Assembly: GCA_964648105.1 (NCBI GenBank)
Contig: CAZYMH010000001.1
Coordinates: 15,999 to 79,998 of the forward strand
Source of the DNA: an uncultured Candidatus Saccharibacteria bacterium
Lineage (GTDB): Bacteria; Patescibacteriota; Saccharimonadia; Saccharimonadales; 2-12-FULL-41-12
Direction of reading: 5' to 3'
Length of the DNA stretch: 64,000 nucleotides
A model generated the notes under the pieces. It saw only the letters and a program-made list of their open reading frames with translations, was not told the DNA's origin and made no database searches. The position numbers and the translations under genes are program-made. Shown piece by piece: positions 48,325-55,383 of the stretch (positions within the stretch are counted from its first letter, which is position 1; every line of letters starts with the position of its first letter).

Positions 48325-49320
48325 CTAGCGTCGACGTCCACCGCTTACATTACCTGCTTTTCGGCGATACAGTAAGTATCCACCAACAACCAATAAGATA
48401 ACTACAGCTGCTAAGATTGCTACAAACCACAATGGTAAGTACCAGAAAGATTTCTTGACGTTAACTACTTCGCCACCGTTGCCGTAAGCAATACCAGCTA
48501 CTACAGTGTATTTGCCAGGCATCTTAACTCCGCTTATTCCATCAGTGAAAATTCTTTTTGATCTTGGCAAAACAATTGCTTTAGGGTCTTTGTTGTTTAG
48601 GTCATATTTACTGATTACTTTAGAGCTTTTTTCGACAGACACTGTTCCAAATGGTCGAGCAAATCCGTTACCTAAGTTTTCGACTGTTATAGAAACGTTT
48701 TTAGGAGTTTCCCAAAAATTTACTTTCTTGTTTTTAGCATTAAGGACACTTACATCATTAACACTGATTTTTTGAGTGATTTCACCTGGCACTTCCAAGA
48801 ATACAAGATGTGCAACACTGGCCGTCAATGACACTTGACGCTTTGTTTCATCAACATTGCCATCAGAAGTTACTGGTATAGCTGCATAACGCAAGGCACC
48901 AAAGTAAGCTCCTGGAGCAGCCGATACAGGCACATTAACGGTATTTTCGATTTGCTTAGTCTCGTTTGGCTTCAACCTAACTGGCGTTAGATTAGTTATC
49001 ATATTTTTCAATGAATAAGCAGTACTGTCTTTTTTGTCATCGATGATAATTGACGGGTTACCAGATGTGTTGTCAGACACAAAGTCGTTAAGGACTACTT
49101 GGGCCTCAACTTCACCTTTAGTGACGTTTTTGATTGTGACACTAAATTTCTTGGTTTCACCACGATTAACACTTATATCAGTTCTGGTTGGTGAAAGCTG
49201 TAAGCCACTACCCCCGTTCTGAGTATTAGAAGTTTGGGCATGCACGAGTGTACCAAAAACAGGCAACATGCTAAATATACCAACTATGGCAAATGTTAGG
49301 GTTTTTTTACTAAAAGACAC
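48325..49320 (-). CDS. cell-surface protein, CscA / DUF916-DUF3324-like architecture (signal peptide, two beta-sandwich-like domains, C-terminal TM anchor)
   Basis: 331 aa with a GTG start and GGAGG 9 nt upstream. Signal peptide ...FGTLVHA. LQLSPTRTDISVNRGETKKFSVTIKNVTKGEVEAQVVLNDF resembles the DUF916 N-terminal pattern. C-terminal anchor WYLPLWFVAILAAVVILLVVGGYLLYRRK. Confidence 0.6.
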   Translation of the reverse strand: MSFSKKTLTFAIVGIFSMLPVFGTLVHAQTSNTQNGGSGLQLSPTRTDISVNRGETKKFSVTIKNVTKGEVEAQVVLNDFVSDNTSGNPSIIIDDKKDSTAYSLKNMITNLTPVRLKPNETKQIENTVNVPVSAAPGAYFGALRYAAIPVTSDGNVDETKRQVSLTASVAHLVFLEVPGEITQKISVNDVSVLNAKNKKVNFWETPKNVSITVENLGNGFARPFGTVSVEKSSKVISKYDLNNKDPKAIVLPRSKRIFTDGISGVKMPGKYTVVAGIAYGNGGEVVNVKKSFWYLPLWFVAILAAVVILLVVGGYLLYRRKAGNVSGGRRR

Positions 49321-49419
49321 GATTTTTTTCCTCCATTTTTGATTTAGCCTTTGACTTTAATAATAAAGAATATATTACCTTTTGTAAATAGTCATAAGAG
49401 CATTAATTAGGAACTAACT

Positions 49420-50463
49420 TTAGAATGAAGCTGTAGCGATATAAGTAAGCGTAGTATTATAAATACCAGCTGGTTGCGAATTAGATACATTTACCAAATA
49501 ACTAACTGTAAATACATTAAAATCTGTCGAGATATTAGCTTTGGAAATAATTTGGTTTTTAAATGTAAACATATTAGGTTGGTTATAATCTGGTTCGATT
49601 GCTGATGAACCTGCCCCACTTGGGTCTAGGCCAACATTTGGCGAAGAATTGGTCCGTAAATTCATACCAAATTGGCTGACTCCTGGGATACTAGTTGTCG
49701 GTGAGTTGAGAGCAGTAATTGCATTAGTACCAGAAGACATTGTAATCCCATAAACAGATGTACTATAGCCAGTTGGATCATTGGTCGCACCAGCATATTG
49801 AGATGTCAAAAATCTTGGTCCAGTTTTAGATAACTCCCCAAAACCAACAAAATCACCATTTGCCGATGAACAATCACCCGCGACCGTTACCCCAACGCAA
49901 AAAGTTAAATATGGTGGCACAAAACCATTGACCGATACTTGATTGACAGTGGCAAAAGCAACTGTACCATCATCGACACGTGGCCCTAAAGCTCCAACTC
50001 CAGAAAAACTAGATACTCTCACAAAAACTGTCTCGGCCGACGAAGGGTTAATAATATTGGCAAAATTATACTGAGCTGGACCAACCGAAGTAAGTCCTGG
50101 CAATCTTGAAACAACAATCTTATTGGCAGTCGTGGCTGGGTCGATGGCAAAACCAGTTTCGCCTGTTTGACTAACCAAATTAGCACTCGAGACATTTAGG
50201 CCAACTGGTGGCACACAAGGTGATCCCACTAAAGGACTGTTGGTACAATATTCAAATTCCAACGAACCGATTGTGTTAACCGATGGATAATCGAACGAGA
50301 AGTTATGAGTGGTATTAGCAGAAACATTGGAGCTACCAATCGCTACACTTCGATTAGTCATTTGAAACGCTTTAGAAGAATATGGGATAAACAGCGTAAT
50401 TGCCAAAAAACTGTATACAGCAACGAATACCCAGTGACTCTTAAGTCTATTCATGTCTAACAT
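49420..50463 (-). CDS. secreted beta-rich surface protein, paralog family member A
   Basis: 347 aa with signal peptide ...YSSKA|FQ. The mature N-terminus MTNRSVAIGSSN, conserved FEYCT, VDDGTVAFATVNQVSVNGFV, FGMNL, and C-terminus GIYNTTLTYIATASF are all shared with ORFs 50544.. and 52202... Confidence 0.65.
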   Translation of the reverse strand: MLDMNRLKSHWVFVAVYSFLAITLFIPYSSKAFQMTNRSVAIGSSNVSANTTHNFSFDYPSVNTIGSLEFEYCTNSPLVGSPCVPPVGLNVSSANLVSQTGETGFAIDPATTANKIVVSRLPGLTSVGPAQYNFANIINPSSAETVFVRVSSFSGVGALGPRVDDGTVAFATVNQVSVNGFVPPYLTFCVGVTVAGDCSSANGDFVGFGELSKTGPRFLTSQYAGATNDPTGYSTSVYGITMSSGTNAITALNSPTTSIPGVSQFGMNLRTNSSPNVGLDPSGAGSSAIEPDYNQPNMFTFKNQIISKANISTDFNVFTVSYLVNVSNSQPAGIYNTTLTYIATASF

Positions 50464-50488
50464 TATACCCCAACATGCTTATGGTCCA

Positions 50489-50521
50489 CAAAAAAATATC
50501 CCCCAAAATTTGGGGGATATT
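50489..50521 (-). terminator. rho-independent terminator after paralog B
   Basis: Perfect 10-bp stem ATATCCCCCA (50496-50505) / TGGGGGATAT (50511-50520). On the minus strand it is followed by a U-run (forward A-run 50490-50495). Confidence 0.75.
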
Positions 50522-50530
50522 AGGTTTTGC

Positions 50531-51370
50531 TTTTATCTATACCCTAAAAGGTAGGTGTTGCAATGAAGGTTGATGCTACTGTGTACGAACCAGTTGGAGT
50601 GGTTGCACTAGCTGTTGCACCAAATCGTAATTTGACTAATTCATCATCGACAACAGTTTGTGAGCTAACTAGGTTAGCAGCTGTGCCTGTGTCATTCCAA
50701 GCATAGGTTGCATTACCGCTTGAGACTTCACAGTTACCTGTGTCAGTTACGGCTGTACCTGAGGCGTTGTTGTATACGCCGTTAACACTACCGTTAGTAC
50801 CGTCGGCACTACCTGCTACAGCACCTAAGTTGGCAGTAGTTCCAGATATACCATGGCCAGAGGCAGCACTGTTGGCGATACAAGTGATTTGCATACCGAA
50901 CATTTCAGAACCAGTTGTAATAGTTGAACCAGTTACTGGAGCACTGACAAAACATTGGTCAGTTAGTGTTGAGGCAATAGCGTCACAGCTAGCACCTGGT
51001 ACACGGAAAGAACGTAGTTGGTTGGTACCTGAGGTGGCGGCACTGGCATAGTATGACACCAATACACCGCTAGAAGCGTTTGTATTAACCATAGCTGCAG
51101 CAAACCGATCATTACCTGTTGAAGTCGGTGGGTTGTTGGCAACTGGCGATTGAACGACAGCATTGTTGTCAATAATACCGATATCGACATTGCTAGATGC
51201 ACTAGCTTCAGATGCAGAACAGTCTGTTGGGTAGTTAGTTGCAGCTGTGCCAGCAGTAGCGTTCGAACCAGCAGCGTTATCTAGAGCAAAGACGCAAAAG
51301 ACTAAACGCTCTTGGACACGACCAGATACGGTAAGTTGGTTAACTATTGAAGCAGCAACTGTACCATCAT
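50531..51370. repeat. 840-bp perfect direct repeat, copy 1
   Basis: By direct line-by-line comparison it is identical to 52189-53028 (offset 1658 bp). It covers the last ~275 codons, the stop and 13 nt of 3' flank of paralog B. The ORF track's duplicated antisense ORFs confirm the identity. Confidence 0.9.
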
Positions 51371-51950
51371 CCACACCTGTAGCAAAAGCTGTGTCTGAGT
51401 AAGTCGAAATACGTACGTAAACACTTGTGTTGTTGCCCGATGGAATCGACGGGTTAGTTACAGCATCTATCTGAATAGATTTGGCAGCTGCAGTTTCGGC
51501 AGTGGCTTGAGTACGAGTTACACAATAAGTTGTAGCTGATGAACCTCCAGCTGATTGTCCCGTACAGCCACCAGTATCGGCACCAGAATATTCAGCAAAA
51601 GCTGTAGCCTGCGAGAAAGTTTGAGTAGCGTTAGTTGAAGCAGTGGTATAACCAACATTCATGCCAGTTGGTAATGTACAGGTACCTAATGGTTGTGTAC
51701 AGAACATAAATGACATACTTTGGATAGCTGTAGAACCTGGCGTAGTAAAGTTGAAGCGGTAGGTTGCACCTGTAGCACTCGGTTGCGACGTCGAAATTAC
51801 GACACTCCGCGAAGTAAGTGTAGCGGCACTAGTATGGCTGGGTAGAACAACCGTCACTAAGCTAGCAAAAGCCATAACGAACGCAAACGCAAAAAACGCT
51901 CCACGTTCAAAAAACCTCTTTGCTAGGTTTATATTAGTAAATTTTAACAT
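50544..51950 (-). CDS. secreted beta-rich surface protein, paralog B (468 aa from the ATG at 51950)
   Basis: The ORF track starts at 51995 (GTG). I prefer the ATG at 51950 because it has AGGAG 10 nt upstream and gives exactly the same length (1407 nt) as paralog C. Signal peptide ...LPSHTSA|A, mature ATLTSRSVVISTSQPSATG..., ends ...SYTVASTFIATPTF. Confidence 0.7.
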   Translation of the reverse strand: MLKFTNINLAKRFFERGAFFAFAFVMAFASLVTVVLPSHTSAATLTSRSVVISTSQPSATGATYRFNFTTPGSTAIQSMSFMFCTQPLGTCTLPTGMNVGYTTASTNATQTFSQATAFAEYSGADTGGCTGQSAGGSSATTYCVTRTQATAETAAAKSIQIDAVTNPSIPSGNNTSVYVRISTYSDTAFATGVDDGTVAASIVNQLTVSGRVQERLVFCVFALDNAAGSNATAGTAATNYPTDCSASEASASSNVDIGIIDNNAVVQSPVANNPPTSTGNDRFAAAMVNTNASSGVLVSYYASAATSGTNQLRSFRVPGASCDAIASTLTDQCFVSAPVTGSTITTGSEMFGMQITCIANSAASGHGISGTTANLGAVAGSADGTNGSVNGVYNNASGTAVTDTGNCEVSSGNATYAWNDTGTAANLVSSQTVVDDELVKLRFGATASATTPTGSYTVASTFIATPTF

Positions 51951-52015
51951 ATTTATATGTCTCCTAAATTTAAACTTGATATTTATTTTAAGCACGATTT
52001 TTTTGTACTGCCTAT

Positions 52016-52045
52016 TTTATAGCATAAGCGATACATTTAGTGCAA
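52016..52045 (-). promoter_or_regulatory. putative sigma70-like promoter of paralog B
   Basis: Minus strand TTGCAC (52045-52040), 18 nt, then TATAAA (52021-52016). The -10 context ATGCTATAAA(A/G)TAGG is shared with the paralog C upstream region. Confidence 0.4.
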
Positions 52046-52107
52046 TAACTTATCCACAGTTTTTTAACACTTTATCAACATCTTTATACTCATTTATCCC
52101 CAATAAT

Positions 52108-52141
52108 TTAAAACACCCCCTTTGTATTAAAGAGGGTGTTT
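52108..52141 (-). terminator. rho-independent terminator after paralog C
   Basis: 13-bp stem at 52111-52123 / 52129-52141. The single mismatch on the plus strand becomes a G-U pair on the minus strand. It is followed on the minus strand by U-rich UUUUAAAUUAUU. Confidence 0.6.
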
Positions 52142-52188
52142 GGGATAAGAACTTAAATGTTCTTTTATAGACACATTTTACTAAAACT

Positions 52189-53028
52189 TTTTATCTATAC
52201 CCTAAAAGGTAGGTGTTGCAATGAAGGTTGATGCTACTGTGTACGAACCAGTTGGAGTGGTTGCACTAGCTGTTGCACCAAATCGTAATTTGACTAATTC
52301 ATCATCGACAACAGTTTGTGAGCTAACTAGGTTAGCAGCTGTGCCTGTGTCATTCCAAGCATAGGTTGCATTACCGCTTGAGACTTCACAGTTACCTGTG
52401 TCAGTTACGGCTGTACCTGAGGCGTTGTTGTATACGCCGTTAACACTACCGTTAGTACCGTCGGCACTACCTGCTACAGCACCTAAGTTGGCAGTAGTTC
52501 CAGATATACCATGGCCAGAGGCAGCACTGTTGGCGATACAAGTGATTTGCATACCGAACATTTCAGAACCAGTTGTAATAGTTGAACCAGTTACTGGAGC
52601 ACTGACAAAACATTGGTCAGTTAGTGTTGAGGCAATAGCGTCACAGCTAGCACCTGGTACACGGAAAGAACGTAGTTGGTTGGTACCTGAGGTGGCGGCA
52701 CTGGCATAGTATGACACCAATACACCGCTAGAAGCGTTTGTATTAACCATAGCTGCAGCAAACCGATCATTACCTGTTGAAGTCGGTGGGTTGTTGGCAA
52801 CTGGCGATTGAACGACAGCATTGTTGTCAATAATACCGATATCGACATTGCTAGATGCACTAGCTTCAGATGCAGAACAGTCTGTTGGGTAGTTAGTTGC
52901 AGCTGTGCCAGCAGTAGCGTTCGAACCAGCAGCGTTATCTAGAGCAAAGACGCAAAAGACTAAACGCTCTTGGACACGACCAGATACGGTAAGTTGGTTA
53001 ACTATTGAAGCAGCAACTGTACCATCAT
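52189..53028. repeat. 840-bp perfect direct repeat, copy 2
   Basis: Identical to 50531-51370. Identity ends abruptly at 53028/51370 (next base g versus c). Beyond that point the two genes are only moderately similar. Confidence 0.9.
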
Positions 53029-53608
53029 GCTGTAAAGTTGCAAAACCAGTGTCACTATATACAGCCATCCTAACGTAGACAGTTGTATTATTGCCCGATG
53101 GAATTGATGGGTTAGTCACAGTGTTGATGACTAGTGTTTTTGCAGCTGTGTCTTCAGCTGTACCTGCTGTTCGAGTTAGACAGTAAGTTGTAGCTGTGTT
53201 ATCACCAGCTGTTCCTTGACCATCACACGAACCTGTGTTGGCACCAGAATATTCTGCAAATGTTGCAGCTTGAGAGAAGCCAGCTTGGCTACCATAAGCA
53301 ACAGTTGAATATCCAACATTCATGCCTGTTGGTAGTACACAAGCACCAAGTGGTGCGGTACAAAACCTAAAGACCAACCCCTGCATGGTAACAGAAGTTG
53401 TCGGTGTAAACTTAAATGTGTAAGTTACACCTGTTGCACTTGGCTGCGACGTAGAGATAGTTACACTACGTGTAGCCAGAGTGTCAGCACTAGCTAGTCC
53501 CTGGAAAGTCATTGGCACTAAGCCAGCAACTGCCATGACAAAAGCTATTGCCATTAAGGATGTACTCTTTAACCGTAAACGAGCGACATCAAAATGATTT
53601 TTTATCAT
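52202..53608 (-). CDS. secreted beta-rich surface protein, paralog C (468 aa)
   Basis: AAGGAGAAAAG immediately upstream of the ATG. Signal peptide ...FQGLASA|D, mature DTLATRSVTISTSQPSATG.... The C-terminal ~275 aa are identical to paralog B. Confidence 0.7.
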   Translation of the reverse strand: MIKNHFDVARLRLKSTSLMAIAFVMAVAGLVPMTFQGLASADTLATRSVTISTSQPSATGVTYTFKFTPTTSVTMQGLVFRFCTAPLGACVLPTGMNVGYSTVAYGSQAGFSQAATFAEYSGANTGSCDGQGTAGDNTATTYCLTRTAGTAEDTAAKTLVINTVTNPSIPSGNNTTVYVRMAVYSDTGFATLQHDGTVAASIVNQLTVSGRVQERLVFCVFALDNAAGSNATAGTAATNYPTDCSASEASASSNVDIGIIDNNAVVQSPVANNPPTSTGNDRFAAAMVNTNASSGVLVSYYASAATSGTNQLRSFRVPGASCDAIASTLTDQCFVSAPVTGSTITTGSEMFGMQITCIANSAASGHGISGTTANLGAVAGSADGTNGSVNGVYNNASGTAVTDTGNCEVSSGNATYAWNDTGTAANLVSSQTVVDDELVKLRFGATASATTPTGSYTVASTFIATPTF

Positions 53609-53652
53609 CTTTTCTCCTTGTTGTTTTTTTGTTTTAGTTAATATGTACCTAC

Positions 53653-53681
53653 TTTATAGCATATGCATTTTAGTAATACAA
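53653..53681 (-). promoter_or_regulatory. putative sigma70-like promoter of paralog C
   Basis: Minus strand TTGTAT (53681-53676), 17 nt, then TATAAA (53658-53653), about 45 nt upstream of the start codon. Confidence 0.45.
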
Positions 53682-53719
53682 GCGATTTTTGATAATAAAT
53701 AAACTTAAACAAGCTAAAA

Positions 53720-54511
53720 TCAAAAAACAGGTATAACAACCAACACATGGTCCAGCCGATACGTACCAGCCGCCGAAATGTTACTGGCTTTGGCAATGTA
53801 GGAAATAGTGTAGTTGGTTTGTCCAACTGCCTGATTACCAGCGGTATTCGGCGAACGAGCAATAATGTCACCAGTGTTAAATTTATATTGATCAGGAGTA
53901 TTATAGCCAGTCTCAATTTTGCCATCAGCAAAACTATTATCAGGTATATTGACAGGGTCAGCACCCATTGAACCTGGAGCTGTATTGGTGGTTAGATTCA
54001 TACCAAACTCTTCGACACTGGCGTTTACACTGGCTGCACCCAGTGTCGATTTTGCTTGCATATATTTGTTGCTTTCATTTTTGGGAGGCAAAGAAGCATT
54101 GACAACTGTATATTCCGATGACAGGTAAGTTCGAACAGTAAATGAACAGTTACACGCTCCAGCTTGAGCTGCTCCATACGAAGGGGTATTGGTTTGCAGG
54201 ACTCCAAAATCAACTGTCGCCCCAGATACGGTCATCTCGAGGTATGGCTCACTTGGCGTAACTCCACCAGCAATTGCATCATAATTATTACTAGATGTAT
54301 TGCCAACTCCCAAAGAGCCTGCTTGCTGTTGTGACCGATAATTATTGGAAGTCGCATCAACTTCTCCACCTGTACCAAAGTACGGTTCTTCCAAGCGATA
54401 ATTATTAGACGATGCCTGTGCGTTAACCAAAGTTGGGTATGCAAAAACCAATAGACTGAGGAGAATTATCGACAAATTATTAATTAATTTTCCCAAAAAA
54501 TTTTGTTTCAT
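53720..54511 (-). CDS. secreted surface protein with N-terminal SNNY repeats, related to the paralog family in its C-terminal half
   Basis: 263 aa with signal peptide ...PTLVNA|Q. There are three S-(S/N)-N-Y repeats (SSNNYRL, TSNNYRS, SSNNYDA). TVSGATVDFGVLQ and FGMNLTTN match family motifs. It ends GTYRLDHVLVVIPVF. Confidence 0.65.
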   Translation of the reverse strand: MKQNFLGKLINNLSIILLSLLVFAYPTLVNAQASSNNYRLEEPYFGTGGEVDATSNNYRSQQQAGSLGVGNTSSNNYDAIAGGVTPSEPYLEMTVSGATVDFGVLQTNTPSYGAAQAGACNCSFTVRTYLSSEYTVVNASLPPKNESNKYMQAKSTLGAASVNASVEEFGMNLTTNTAPGSMGADPVNIPDNSFADGKIETGYNTPDQYKFNTGDIIARSPNTAGNQAVGQTNYTISYIAKASNISAAGTYRLDHVLVVIPVF

Positions 54512-54553
54512 ATATTTAGCGTTTTAAATAATTTTTATTATAACACAAGCGTT

Positions 54554-55231
54554 TTAGCGAGTCTGGAAAGATCTAACCATCTCAGTAAATTCTGAGGCGT
54601 CAGGAACAGCCCGTAAATTGGTGTAATAAAAGGTATAAGTGGCATGAGTGTTATCAGGTCTTTTGATATTAATGGCAGTATCTTTGCCGATTAGACCAAC
54701 CATAACTGTGTAGTTAGTACTGTCAGAATCGCATCTCAGTCTAACATCATTAATAATTACATCTTGAGCATTGACGCTCGATTTATCGCCTAACTTCTTG
54801 ATACAATGATCTGATACAGTCGTTGGATCAAGGCTCATTTCGGTTCCACTCATTCTAACAGGCAAAATCCGATTAGCCTCTAAATTAGCTGGGATTTGAT
54901 TAACATAAATTATCAATTCGTTTACGATCAAATTGGCCTTAATACTTCTATAGACAAATTTATTAGACGTCGACTCATTAGGAATTTCTACCCATCCTTG
55001 TGGAGCCTGAAACTGGAAAAATGGTGATTTCAAGATATTGATCGACGAAGCCATCACGCTAGATGACATGCCTGATTCGACAGGCTTAAATTGGTTGTTT
55101 TTTCTTAAATAATTTATATAAAGAGTCAAACCAATTACAACCGCAACTACTACCACAAAAGTTGATATCAACCTTACCCTAAATACGAATTTTTGCCGTT
55201 TTCGGTAATTTAAGTGATTATTGTATTTCAT
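54554..55231 (-). CDS. hypothetical N-terminally anchored extracytoplasmic protein
   Basis: 225 aa with a basic N-terminus and one TM helix (LISTFVVVVAVVIGLTLYINY). No motif recognised. It is the first gene of the minus-strand surface cluster, divergent from 55384... Confidence 0.55.
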   Translation of the reverse strand: MKYNNHLNYRKRQKFVFRVRLISTFVVVVAVVIGLTLYINYLRKNNQFKPVESGMSSSVMASSINILKSPFFQFQAPQGWVEIPNESTSNKFVYRSIKANLIVNELIIYVNQIPANLEANRILPVRMSGTEMSLDPTTVSDHCIKKLGDKSSVNAQDVIINDVRLRCDSDSTNYTVMVGLIGKDTAINIKRPDNTHATYTFYYTNLRAVPDASEFTEMVRSFQTR

Positions 55232-55383
55232 GTCTGATTTTTATTTAGCCCATATATTAGGCTGCTACATCCCTTATGCTATATTGTTTCACAAATCAAA
55301 ATTAAAGTCTAGCCATTAGCAGTGTTTTTTTGTATGCTTAGATTAAGCAAAAATAACTACAATAGTTTATTTTATGGTGGAAA

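Noticed and set aside
50740-52860. Pairs of identical antisense or alternative-frame ORFs (50740-51051 = 52398-52709; 50963-51202 = 52621-52860)
   Set aside because: They are duplicated only because they lie inside the 840-bp perfect repeat. They have no independent coding signal.
53638-53964. 108-aa minus-strand ORF overlapping the 3' part of gene 53720-54511 in another frame
   Set aside because: It is a Leu/Ile-rich low-complexity translation overlapping a gene that has a signal peptide and family motifs. It extends into the promoter region of paralog C.
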